This document shows, piece after piece, positions 11,773-24,300 of a stretch of 54,936 bases of DNA. Positions within the stretch are counted from its first letter, which is position 1. Each line of letters begins with the position of its first letter. Under the pieces are notes generated by a model that was not told where the DNA came from, made no database searches, and worked only from the letters and a program-made list of their open reading frames with translations. A program made the translations under genes and the position numbers. This stretch comes from Perkinsus chesapeaki ATCC PRA-425 (taxonomy: Eukaryota; Protista; Perkinsozoa): assembly GCA_013115145.1 (NCBI GenBank), contig JAAPAO010000195.1, positions 1 through 54,936 on the forward strand. The letters are read 5' to 3'.

Positions 11773-12192
11773 CTATTGGATCTTGACATCAGCGCAGTTC
11801 CAGAACTGTCCACCGTTCCTGGCATTATCACAGCTATCCTTGGGAGAGTTGGACTGATCGCAAGATGAATCGAGGGAAGGATACGTCCCCTTAAACATGG
11901 CAAAATATTCCTTATAGCCATCGACAAGACAAGAGTTGCCAGTAATCCAATTCCATTGAATGGTGCAGACATCACATGTTAGATCATCTGGTAGTTTAAA
12001 TAAAATTTTATAATTCATCATCCCACCAGAGCCGAAGCTTTGTGGTGGAAGATACCATCTCTCGGGATGGTTGGTATCGATAGGTTGACAGTCGTAGTTG
12101 CTGGCAGCAATATTACGAGCAGGAGGGTTTGAAATGAACCCATGACCGTTAACAAAGATGATGAGAGTCAAGGCGACGGTGGTTGAAAGCAT
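11773..12192 (-). pseudogene. LPMO copy 2 with an in-frame 411-nt internal deletion (139 aa, second brace His lost)
   Basis: Near-identical to copy 1 at both ends, but PPARN is joined directly to IAASNYDCQ. The TVHHWG segment is absent. ATG is at 12192; the longer ORF call uses an upstream codon. Confidence 0.85.
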
Positions 12193-12784
12193 GAGTTTCG
12201 GGGATGAGTTCAACTGGAAGCTTCCACATGGAACTCAGGAAACCTCGGAATGAAGAACTAACGGCAGTGAAGAGATATTTCCAACTCGTCACAAGTTGCG
12301 ACTCTAACAACAAAACACCCCGCAAACGGCTTATATACAGTCAATTTAACCTCTGACCCGATATTTAGCCTCTCGTGATAACCCATGAGTGCGAGGAACT
12401 TATTAAGTGATTCTGCACCACAACTGCAGGGCATCGAGCAAACGCAATCAGTGAATGTTGACTGGGGTTGAGCCTAGCGCTATTCGCACGTGCTAGCTAA
12501 CGGAAGCCACGTCACGAACCGCCAGACGAAGACAGCTCGTTTTTTAGGCTTCGTTTAGACAGATGTGCTTCACGAGGACATCCCAGGGTTCAGCACATAA
12601 GCTGCTGCTGAGAGCGGGAAGCATCACCTAGACTCATTCGCCCCAGGTCTGCATGGCCAGTGACCACACCGGTCCGGCTGCGTCCTCTGGTAACCAGAGT
12701 CTGATTGGACTAGTTGTTCTATTAATTCATTCTCCCTTTGAGTCTAAGTTGCACCACGAGATAGCGTTCGTTACATGAGAACCG

Positions 12785-14167
12785 ATGAAAACTCCGCGTA
12801 GTGGGGTTCACAATACCGGATACCGTATCAGGCTTAAGGTTGCATGGGCCATAGCTTCTCTCCCCACAGGCGCGACCAGCTACGGTACGTAAAGCACGAT
12901 CTCAAGGTTTACAAGTAGAGTGAGAACTTCTCACTGAGAAGTCTTTAACGCGCAAGCGGATTTCACGAGAGCCGGATGCAGAACACCCGTTAGGACTCTT
13001 CCCGTTTACCGAACTTCGTGGAACAGCTTGCCACTAAACTAGTTCCCTGGGGCACTGAGGTTGCGTCTTCTCGCCAAAGACAGAGCAAGCCGCCTATAGC
13101 GATACCGGCTCAGTTTCAGTTTGGTGTACTATGTACTGTTCGCAGCGTGGTGATCACCACAGGCCGCATGGTGTTGTGCTGAATGATTCTGTAACTAAGA
13201 AATATCCCTCTGAGATACTTATGCGACAAGGCCTAGGACAGCCTGACATGGCTCCCGAGTAGACTTTTTGGACTGCCTGCGGTGTTGCTGTTTCCGTAGC
13301 TACGCAATCCGCTGAACAGGCAACTATGCCGGAGTGCCCGAGTGTGCACCGCTGGCGAGTGCCTGTATGAGCTCCGTCTGGGAAACTCTCCGAAGAGAGG
13401 AGAAATCATTTTCGACCAACTTGTAAAGAATCTGAATGAGCTCTATTGAAAGATTCGCAGGGAATACGTCCACTGTTATTCACTAAGAAAGATCAGCCAC
13501 TTACAAGGATTGCGTGCTAGCACAATAACTATGCCTTTTACAGGATATATAAAGAGCGCAGAGTCTTGATCACTGCACTCACTCTCCGCATGAGATGAGG
13601 GGATGCTTTGTGTCGCTCTTGGATGCTCTGCAGGCTTTGGGGCTGCTAGACTATGGAGTAACTTATACAAACTTTGCTACTTCTTAGTGGTGCAGCTAAA
13701 TAAAGTGCATCGCGCCACAGTTGGCTGCGTGGAGGTATCCTGACTGCGACCCTGTCTTGCGGTGCTGTCAAAAAAGAAAGGATGTATCGAATATGTTTCA
13801 CAGTCTTTGTTCGTCAGCTTGCTAACCCTAGTGCTCCGTTGATGACTCAACAAAAACGCAAATCTAAATTCCTGTAGAAAAGGCCCGTGGATCGAGAGTT
13901 CAACTACCAGCAGCTAGAGCTTAAGTCTGTTCTTCACGGTGCAAAGCCGCGAACCCCACGATGCAGTTTGTAGCGTCGTGCGTTGTTAGAAGTTCCTCAG
14001 GGACATACCAAAAATCGGTGGACATGGTAAAAGTAGGCCACCGTACGGAATCGTCGATTCTAGAAGGCACGGATGGGATTATTAAGCCGCCGTCGTTGCC
14101 ATTGACAGACGATAGACTTGTGCCAGGACCCTCAGGAGGCCGAAAGACCAACGTTGTAGCCTCTTAG
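12785..14167 (+). CDS. Possible multi-exon hypothetical gene convergent with LPMO-3
   Basis: ATG at 12785 (MKTPRSGVHNTGYRIRLKVAWAIASLPTGATSYG, then donor gtacgt), further GT-AG pairs and a terminal ORF at 13961-14167. No recognisable domain, and the exon chain is not verified. Confidence 0.3.
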
Positions 14168-14991
14168 TGGATTGCGACATCAGCGCAGTTCCAGAATTGC
14201 TCTCCGATTGTGTCGGAACCACAGGGGCTGAGGGGGGATTTAGATTCGTCCCACGGAGTGCCCTCGAAGTACTTCGAAAATTTGATGAAGTATTCCTTAT
14301 AGCCATCGACAAGACAAGAGTTGCCAGTAATCCAATTCCATTGAATGGTGCAGACATCACATGTTAGATCATCTGGTAGTTTGAATAACATTTTATAATT
14401 CATCATCCCATCAGAACCGAAGCTTTGTGGTGGAAGATACCATCTCTCGGGATGGTTGGTATCGATAGGTTGACAGTCGTAGTTGCTGGCATCAATCCTC
14501 TTTGCATTCTTACACTCTTCACGGTCATCAGGACTCGGTCTTAGTAGGAGATTCTCATTAAGGCATTTCTGACCATCTATTTGAGTGCTGAACTTGTCAC
14601 CGTTTAGACCACCCTTACAGATGCGGAACTCGAAGTGCCCCCAATGATGGGCGGTCACTTCAATCTCAATCTCAATATTCTCCCCCTTTCTATAAATTGT
14701 TGTTGGCGCTCCTTGCTGCATATGTGGTTGTAAACGAGGAGAAGGTAAGATACTCACACCGCCTTCCCAAGGGTCACCGCAGAGGCCATGGGTCTGGTTA
14801 GCACCGACGTAGTTGTCAGGAAAGGAAGCACCCTTATCTTTGATACGATCTGCGACTCCGGCACTATTTCCCGCCTGAGGAGTCCAGTGGTTCTTGGAAT
14901 TCGCCGCCGCATTTCGGGCAGGAGGCTTCGATATAAAGCCATGACCACTTACGAAGGCGAGGAGAGCGGAAAAGTTTACCGAAATATGCAT
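14164..14991 (-). CDS. LPMO AA10/AA15-like, copy 3 (275 aa)
   Basis: Intronless. The likely start ATG at 14991 gives the signal peptide MHISVNFSALLAFVSG followed by HGFISKPPARN, then VTAHHWGHFEFRIC, WNWITGNSC and GEQFWNCADVAIH*. Confidence 0.9.
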   Translation of the reverse strand: MHISVNFSALLAFVSGHGFISKPPARNAAANSKNHWTPQAGNSAGVADRIKDKGASFPDNYVGANQTHGLCGDPWEGGVSILPSPRLQPHMQQGAPTTIYRKGENIEIEIEVTAHHWGHFEFRICKGGLNGDKFSTQIDGQKCLNENLLLRPSPDDREECKNAKRIDASNYDCQPIDTNHPERWYLPPQSFGSDGMMNYKMLFKLPDDLTCDVCTIQWNWITGNSCLVDGYKEYFIKFSKYFEGTPWDESKSPLSPCGSDTIGEQFWNCADVAIH

Positions 14992-16510
14992 AAGATTCAA
15001 AAAAGCTGTACCGAGGCACAGACACACAGAGAGCATTCTACAAGCCAATTTCCCTGTTCACTGCGCAAGGGCTTCCATCCACGTCACCGTGACCGCGAAT
15101 TGCGTGACATGAGGCGTGTCACACGACCGCACCGCAGCCGCTCCACAACAGACTCCGGCGTGGCGCTTCTTGTGCGCTGCTAATCCTGCTGTTCTCTTGT
15201 TTAGATACTCTTATAGCTCAGTGTATATCATACCATTTCTCCCCCCGAAAAAAGTTGTTCGGAGTCCGGGCCTCGGGTGTTTGATGGTTTATAAAGGAGT
15301 GTGCCTGTTGCATTTTCCGGCTCTAATCACCGGTTTTCAAAGAATACAAGAGGAAGTAGGAGGCAGCAGGCGCTGGGCAGCACACTGCGCGGTTCACGGG
15401 CGGCACAGGAGCCAGCTACTGCCCCGGACGCTGCTGCGAAGACGGATTCGCTAACATAGGTTGTTGCTTCCTTCCCGAGAGATGTCAAAAGTCCGACATT
15501 ACGCAAGTGACAATTGTTTTGGGTTATCCTAAGACTCCAAGGCCTCGCTTTGTTACCCAGAAATGGACATCCAGCGTAGCTGGGCTTGGATGGTTCAATC
15601 CGATCTCCGCAGCGTTGTCCCGTGGACCCCGCGAATTTGATACCGTGCCATGGGGGTTGCTGGACCAAATGCAGCATGAGAGTTCGATGAGTACGATACG
15701 AAGGTTGGAGTGCGAATATGATGGTTGTTCAGCTCTGACTTTGTCGAATATACCCAACTGGTAAATCTAGTTCTTGAGCAGACGTCGAGTCCCAACGTAC
15801 AACCAATGTACTGGGCTAGCGCACACTCGTGAGCGGATAGCTTAACCGAAGATAAGATCAGCGATTACAGCTGTATTCACTGGTCTCTCAATGAGCACTG
15901 GCAGTTGAGTTGCTCTCATTGTTTTGCCTAAATTGACTACTGCCATTATAACACAATATCAGTGACTACAGGTTATTAGAGATAGGGAGGTCAACCACGC
16001 ACACCTTATTGTTGTCAAGTATAAATAGGCTTTATCAGCAGCAGCGGCAGTAAGAGCGGTTACTATCCATAGGACATAGCTCGGGGCGGCTTAAAACCAA
16101 CTCAACAGCAGGCCGGGTCGATATAGACGCTCCGAACACGATTGGCCATTCCCTTCAGCATGCAAGGGATGGTGCTTTTTGCTTATTAATAGTGATACCA
16201 CTTACAGGTCAGAATACTTATAGTGCTTTACGCACTCCTAAAATGGTAGTGCCAGTATAGCCAATTATACCAACATCGATGATGATGACGATGAAGACGA
16301 TTAACCCATTGATAAACGAGGCCAAGTTTGGCCGCTTCAATTCATGGGTGGCCTTCATCATCAACGGCATCATCAACGAGTAGACAGCAGCAATGTTTCG
16401 AACAGAAGAAAATTAAATGACATCGGAAAAATCCCCGTGTCGTCGACTAGCAAATATTAATAATTCTGAATGAGTTAACAATTCTTGATGGCCACAGTAG
16501 ACACGGTCGT

Positions 16511-18459
16511 CTAATACTCGAACTCCTTGTTCAGGACCTCTCTCAACTCCTTCACATGGTCGGGAACGTCGACGTTCAAAGTGCGGTCACTGGCATCATA
16601 GTTTACAGGAACCTCAATAAGATGGACACCGTGCTCGTCCAGGCACTTGTTGAGAATCTCCGTCAGCTCATCAGCTCGGGTCACACGATAGCCCTTGGCG
16701 CCATATGCCTCCGCGTACTTCACGAAATCGACGTTGTTCAACTTGAGGCCCCATCTAGGCATCCCATTCGCGCTCTGCTTCCACTCGATCATACCATAGG
16801 CGTTATCGTTGAGAACAATCTGGATGAGATCCAAACCGAGAGTAACGGCGGTCTCAAGCTCCTGGGAGTTCATCATGAATCCACCATCACCGGAGACGGC
16901 CACAACCTTATGGTCGGGCCTCACCATCTTGGCGGCTATCGCTGATGGCAGGCCGGCGCCCATGCTGGCGAGGGCGTTATCAAGCAACAGAGTGTTCGGG
17001 TCACGCGCCTCGTAAAGTCGGGCGAACCATATCTTGTACATGCCGTTATCGAGACAAACGATGCTCTTATCGGGCATGCACTTTCGGACGTCTTTTACCA
17101 CCCGGCGGATATCCATCGGGAAGGCGTCTGATGTGGTGTAGATCGAGTGATGCATTCTTCTCTGCGCAACCTCGCGAATCTGAAACGGTGCATCAAAAAC
17201 AACCGACGGAAATTCCGGCTTACCTTTTGGAAAACAGCAAAGTCCCAATGAGGTTTGGGCATACACTTAAGCGTCTCGGAAATCTGCCAGATTGCGTTGC
17301 CAATATCACCAACAACCTCGTGGTGAGGGAAGTAGACATCGTCCACGACAGCGGGGTAAAAATTGACATGAATGACGATAGGCTTCTCGTTGTGCTTCAT
17401 AAAGAACGGAGGCTTCTCGACCGAATCGTGTCCGATATTAACGATAAGATCCGCCCAATCGACAGCTGTGTGCACCCAGTCGTTCTGTGAGAGCGCCAAG
17501 GCTCCGAGGAAGTGGGGACTGGTCTCGTCAACCACCCCTTTGCCCATCTGGGTGCTCACTGCATAGATACCCGTATCATCGATGAACTTTCGGAGCATCT
17601 TGCTAGTGCGCTTGCGATTGCAGCCGGAACCGATGCACAGTAGAGGTCGCTTGGCCGCATGTATGAGAGCAACAGCCTTCGCAATGGCCTTGGCATCGGG
17701 GACCGGTCGGCGGACCTCTCGAATGGGGAAGAGGTACTCATTAGGGCCGAGATGATGCTCGGCGATATCTTCAGGAAGCTCGATATGAACGGGGCCAGGC
17801 TTCTCCTCGAGAGCCTCTCGAACGGACTCTCGGATGAGCGAAGGAATGGCGTCTAAACAAAGGGGAATCGAAAGAACATGGGAGTAGCTCGCTCTTACCC
17901 GCATCCGGGACTTGCTTGGTGAACTTGGTGATAGGGCGGAAGTGGTCGACTATATCGACTATTTGAAACTGGCCTTGTTTTGAATGCCTGATGGGCTTCT
18001 GACCAGTGAGCACCAGCATAGGCATGCCACCGAGCTTAGCATAGGCCACAGCCGTGGAGAAGTTGGTGGCACCGGGTCCCAAAGTGGACAGGCAAACTCC
18101 AGGCTGGCCGGTGAGCCGACCCACAGTGGCGGCCATGAAACCAGCGGCTTGCTCGTGACGCGTCAAAATCAACTTAATGCGGCCGGCCTCCTGGGCTTGT
18201 CGGATTGACTCTAACAAATCGAGATTCTCCTCGCCAGGGATGCCGAAAATATACTGGACGCCCTCCGCTTCGAGGCATCTTATGAACGCATCCGTACCTA
18301 TAAGAAGCAATAAAGGCAATTCTATACGGAGAGGAGCTTACACTTCATATTGCCGAGACTGGGAGCATTAGTAACCATATCGTCAAGGGACATGCCAGGA
18401 GTGTACTCCATAGAGTCCATCACCTCACTGCAGAGTTCGTTCGTCGAGGCACTTGCCAT
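16511..18459 (-). CDS. Acetolactate synthase large subunit, bacterial-type ThDP enzyme (4 exons)
   Basis: Motifs DAFIRCLEAEGVQYIFGIPGEENLDLLES, RHEQAAGFMAATVGRLTG, STLGPGATN, EKPGPVHIELPEDIA, LDNGMYKIWFAR, LLDNALASMGAGLP and the ThDP motif GDGGFMMNSQELETA...NDNAYGMI. Three short introns restore one frame. Confidence 0.93.
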
Positions 18460-18857
18460 TTTCCCTGTTTAATAAAACCTGCTGCTACAATTCATTTCTG
18501 TTTGAATCGTCTCGAGTGAAGCTAACGCAAGATAAATCTCGCTCGCCCTAAAATGTGAAGCGGTCTTTCGAGTGCGAAGGGTAAAATCCATTTAAATGGC
18601 TTGTTAGAGTACATAGTCAGACCCTCTGTAGGACTATTACATCACGCTTCTTTAAAGTCCCTTTGGCCCAGAAGCTCAGTGCCACTTTCAGTAGGGGCGT
18701 TGGGGTTCTTCAACGCGAGCATGCCGGGGCCGATTTCACAAGTCCTCTAGCGTAAGGGAATCAACACGCTAGGGAGCAAGCCGGAGATGACGGGACATTG
18801 CTAAGACTGGGAGATGAGGGTGGCAAGGGTGGTGGGATGATGGAACGGTCCTTGAAA

Positions 18858-20174
18858 ATGGTGGTTACAGGGCGGTGGCAGGTCCTAGCTTTTGTACTGT
18901 TCGCTGCTAATGAGGTTTTCACATAAGGTAGATTGGAAAGATTCCCGAAGATACCTCCATCGATGAAAGATACGCTGACATCACGTTACATAATAAAACG
19001 TGACATTCAGCCTCAAGGCGGTTGCTGCAGTACTGGGGATAAACACAAGGCGTCGCTTACTGCGGCAAGCGTAGAAGGGCTGCTGGGAAATGAATTCCTC
19101 TGAGAAGATTTCCAACTCCTCGTGGTTGCCTTCAGAACCCTCCTAATCACTATTCAATGGCCCTGCTACGAAGCGTCAGTATGACCGCCTTGGAGAAGAC
19201 TCCTGGTCATCCCAAAAGCATCACTAATTTAGCGCAAGTCAGTTTTCCCGATCCGCCAACAGAAGAGACCTATGCGACATGCAAAAGGGTATCATCTGTT
19301 AACTTGCTCCATATAACATAAACTCTTTGCAGGTTTTCCAGTCGGCCGGCGGTCTCCTCGCGGTCCCTCTCCGGCCGAGAATTGTCAGAACCCAGTCGAT
19401 CCCTGCCTTTCCCATCAGTACGACCCCGCAAGCTCGGCGGCATTCCAACTTGTGTGCCTAGGTACATACCGTGGTGACTTCGCCAACCAGCCAGTGACTT
19501 CCTGCGGGGCTAGCAATAAGCCTTTGGGCCCGTAAGCTATTGCATCGAAGGCATCTTGCTCGGACGTCTTATTTGTTAACAAATATGTTAGGAATGCATA
19601 TCTTCTGGTTCTTAACAAATGTTTCAACATCATGTTACTGTGTGATTTGATAGGATACTCCTATCACATCTTCGCCTTAGCAATACTTCTGACCTTCTAG
19701 GAGTACATCCCCGTTCCATTAGCTGGACCTTGATCTCGTCAGATATCACCCCAACGCCAATCGTTCTCGCTTGCCCGCGGAAAAATTCAAGCCGATGTGG
19801 CGAAACAAATCAGACGTAGGTTTGTCTATATCATCATCTTGACCCATTATTTATGCAGGTTATGATTGAAGTTCGAGACATCAAGGATCCCCGACAGTTC
19901 TGGACGACACATAGGCAAGTCGATGGCAAGGCGCTGTATGTACATCGGCTGCTGTTCAGGAACTACCACCGAGGAGCTGGAGGAGTGCAGTCGGCCAATC
20001 TATCAATTGTGGCTAATAAGACCAAGTACTTCCACCAATTCCAACAACAAGGATAGTCATCATGTTGCTATGTTGTCCATTCGGTGTCCCTGCCGCCGCT
20101 GTGTTATATCCATCACTTGCGTTATACTAGTGGATCGGGGATGCTACGGGCGAGCAAATCCCTCAGTTAACTGA
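18858..20174 (+). CDS. Possible multi-exon hypothetical protein
   Basis: Signal-peptide-like start MVVTGRWQVLAFVLFAANE and coding-like stretches (DLDLVRYHPNANRSRLPAEKFKPMWRNKSD; ORF 19853-20056). The exon chain is not resolved. Confidence 0.25.
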
Positions 20175-21362
20175 GGCAACCTGTGGCACAGGTGCAGCAG
20201 GTCAACAGGTCCTGTGCCTTATATGTAAGTGTATGCCTTTGGTCGCCTGCACATGGTGGCGAGGAAGGAACGTTTCAAGAAAAAGCAATGTAATTATTGT
20301 CGATTTCTGGCCTTATTATAAGATTACGAATTATGGCTACCCAAGGCAGTTTTACAGAATTATAACAATTGCCGGGAAACTCACAGGCGACTACTAGGCC
20401 TTCTAGCACTGGGCCAATAACAGAGTAGCAGCTTGAAGGAAGGTCCAACGACTTCTCGAGGAAGTTGTACCGCTCAGTAGTTGAGCAAAGCTGAGAAATG
20501 TTCTAATACCGCTATGGGCCAGTAGTTTATGGTACTGCGCACTCAAGCTCAACTGAGCACTGACTGGCAAACCCAACACAAAAAGGATAAACAAAACATG
20601 ACTTCTGATCATAGGGCTAAGTTACGACGCTCAATGAGGCATCACCGAGACAAATAGTTGGACCTTCACAGCTTGCTACTCACACCAGGGGCGGGGCGTC
20701 TGGAGCCTGGGCAACCTGGGAGGAGTAATACAGCATCATTCGGAGCGCGGAAATCAGAAGTTTTTTCGCTAATAGAAATGCACAGTACTCTCAGACTTTA
20801 GAAATGCAAAGTCAGGACGGATGAAAGTTTTGCAAGGCGAACTTCGAGCTGATTCATTTGAGCCTATTCAACTCTCCATGTGCATTGGGAGATCGAATAG
20901 CATGCCAGATGTGTAGATGCCTAACATCACCTGTCCCCGGAAGGAGTGCTCCTCATGATGCCTTTCAATCTGGGAACATTTTCCTATTTTACACGGGGAA
21001 GCTTTTTCGCTCGCCTCATTTCATATGAAACGGTTGATCGATTTCATTATCTCATAATATGCTGTCATGACAATGTTAATGTATAATCTGCGGAAGTTTC
21101 AAGCCAAAACGCTAAGTACTCGGCGCGAAACGACTGTTTTAAATTGGAGCAACACCCTGTAAAATATATCCAGTGGCATCCCTGCTATACATTCATGTCA
21201 TCACAGCACTACTAGTTCATACTATACACTGATGAGGCATTTTAATACCGTCTATTGCCGCTTCTGGCCAGTTGAATAACGTACCCTACGAATCGCCGTC
21301 AGAAGTAATTCCCAACAGAAGCCTAGAAATCTCGTATTGCACGCCCCCAAAGGCTAGAGGGA

Positions 21363-24300
21363 TCATAACAACTTACCGGCGCTCTCCCATGCCTCTAGTA
21401 TGGCCGGATCACTCGGTAGTGCCCGAGCTGCCGGGGCAGTATTCGTCTTCTTGTACGCCGCCACAACGCAGGCCCCACCGAGACCCAGGTTGTGCTGGAG
21501 GGCATGTTTCACACCGTTAACCTAGAAGAATACGCTTAACCGAGAAGATTTGCGAATTCACCTGCCGCTTGTCCGCCGAACCTCGAAGCTGCCAAGTGAG
21601 CTCGCAGCACTGGGCGAGTCCAGTGGCGCCCAAGGGGTGGCCTTTCGAGATGAGGCCGCCAGACGGGTTTATTACGCAGCTGATATGAAGGAAATATGGT
21701 ATGGAAAGAAGTGCGACACAAGCAGACTGTCCCCCAACGGCGGTCCCGAGGAATTAATGATTCCGGATTATGCTCTGAAATGATTTCATAGAATTTCTGC
21801 AATGCAAACGAACAACAACAACTACCATTGGGGAACATCGACGTGTCACACAAAGCGGGACAGAAAAGTCACTGCGCCCAATAATGCGCCTCTCCTTACA
21901 TGCTGTTATTGCCATAAGTAAATCGTCCCTGCTCATTCAGCGGCCCTGCCTGTCCCTCCCCACATAGGCCCAACGCCTCTGTTGTGATCAACTCATTGGC
22001 CGAAAAACAATCATGAAGCTCGACTACCTACCTCAAGCACACCTCCTAGAGCCCCCACAGACCGTCTCACCTGGAAATCGTTGGGCTTGAGACCAGTCTG
22101 GCCCAAAACTTGCGCTATGGCCTTCTTGGTCATATCGTAGCCGACAATATCCATACAGCTCTTAGTGGTGAACGTCGCAGCTGTATCGGTAACCAGGACC
22201 ATACTCAGCATCTCAATGGACTGGTCTAGGAGCCTGCCCACGGAAGGGAGCTCCATATGAACGAATCGATAAGATATCACTGAGGTTGTGTAATTCAGTT
22301 ATACGGTAAGCTAACGGTGGGTATGGGCTGCTAATATGACACACGCCTCGCCAACGGCCCTAGCCTATAATTGGTATGAGTCTTCGAGTCGCCCGGCATC
22401 CTTCCACGGGCGAGTCCTCCATTTTTAGGCCTAGCCTCACCCGTATTCTCTAGCAGCCTTCTCGCTCATGAGTATACAAGCAGCAGCACCATCAGAAGTT
22501 GGGCAACACTGTAACTTGGTCAAAGGACCAAACACTTTCGGTGAGGCTAGAACCTGCCAAGTGAAGGGAATAACCACTGGAATCGAAACCAACCCCAATC
22601 TACCGAGAATGGACACAGTAGCGTTGGGAAGCGGAAAAACCCGCCGCAATTCCCCGAAAAATTTTTCTATTCGGCAGCCTCCTTATAATGTGCTCCAACC
22701 CAAACAAATACGAATGCACAAGAGACGGCGGCGTGCATCCGCTCTACGAACGCTTAAGATGATATACACGGAAACGGTTCCACTGTGCTCAGGAGCTAAT
22801 TAACCTCGAAGTGGGAACCTCCTGGCCACCGTGTTGATAGCGTGACAATGTTACTCTATCTACAAGTAATACATAAATAATATAGCCTGTACTAATGGAT
22901 ACTAATTATATGAAGATATGAATATATTAAACTATACGTTATATATAATATAATAGATAGAGTATATATAATTATACCTAAACTAGTCATATTACTGTCC
23001 AGCTCGACGACGCAATAGAATGGGATGTTCAACTCGCTCAAGATTGAGCGAGAAATCGAAAAGATACGGAATATTCTATTATTCTGTATATCGCCGAGTA
23101 GCCCTTACCTCATCCACAGTGTAACGGTCACGGAATTGACTATATGGGTTATTAGCCGAATGATTGTGGTTCTTACTGGCTATGCATGCCAATTGCCTCT
23201 GTGTCGTACCATACCTATCAATGCAGCCTACGTGTAACTACCTAAGTTACTTTACTTTTCCATATGTTCGATGCCGGCATTCCCAAAGAGCTGTGGGGGG
23301 CCCGGAGCCGGCGCTAGACCTCTAAGGGAGGCCATCTCTGTCATGTGACGGTCGAGGGGATTTGTCCTGACGGGATGCCACTGACATTGGAAGGTCTACG
23401 GCCACTACAGCACCTCAAGGTATTACTGAGGCACTGTGACCACCATTATATACGTAAAAATGCTACGAGGTGATCATTTCCCAATTTTCCCAGTCATGTT
23501 AGGATTTCGAATCGTTCCAGTATCGGGCCGAAAGCAACAGCCACAAAAGGTGGGTTCTATAAAAACTAACACGCTGTAAAATAAAGAACATCTGCTGGCC
23601 CAGCCTCATAGCCGAGCCGTTGTTTCCTACCTATCAGTGTACTTAGCCCCCAAACTGCCCCTTTCCATCTTCTCAAACCCCACAACCAGGCACACATCGA
23701 CCATACCGGCCATGATAGCCTGTCTCCCCAGATACATAGCAGAAGCACCAGTACTGAGCGCGGAAACTACCCCACTGTCGCATCAGTTTAACCGATACCT
23801 GCAGTTGTTATTGACATTGAAGATCGGTATGCCACTACACCCTATAGCTTGGTATATGACTCTCTGACCACATGTGCTGTCACCGTAGACGTAGCCAGCA
23901 TAGGCCGCTTGGATAGCTGGGAAAAGGGAACGAATTCAAGTCGACTAAAGTGAATGAAAGATACCTCCAAGTTTTCGGTGGAGTTCATTTGCAATCTAAT
24001 CCCTAATATCATTCAATCACCTTTCAACATTTCAGAGGGCGACCCTACAGCCCCTATCACTGATTGAGGAACCAGTAATATTAAGTACGACCTCTCAACC
24101 ATCAATAAGAGCTGCCACTATGAGTTGCCTTCCATAGCCTACTGTAGCTCCTTGATATTCTTTGTGTACAACTGTGAGGTTATTATAACGTCTACAATTT
24201 GTTATTGGATACATCCAACTATAATAGATGACTCAGGCACTACCAATACATCAATCACGAGTACTTGATTCACATTATCATCAAGTATTATCAGTCATTA

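Noticed and set aside
15116-15800. GC-rich overlapping ORFs upstream of LPMO-3
   Set aside because: Multiple stops in every frame and no domain. Possibly an element remnant, but not identifiable.
20403-20612. 69-aa ORF with a signal-peptide-like start
   Set aside because: Short, with no supporting motif or splice evidence. It could be real but cannot be supported.
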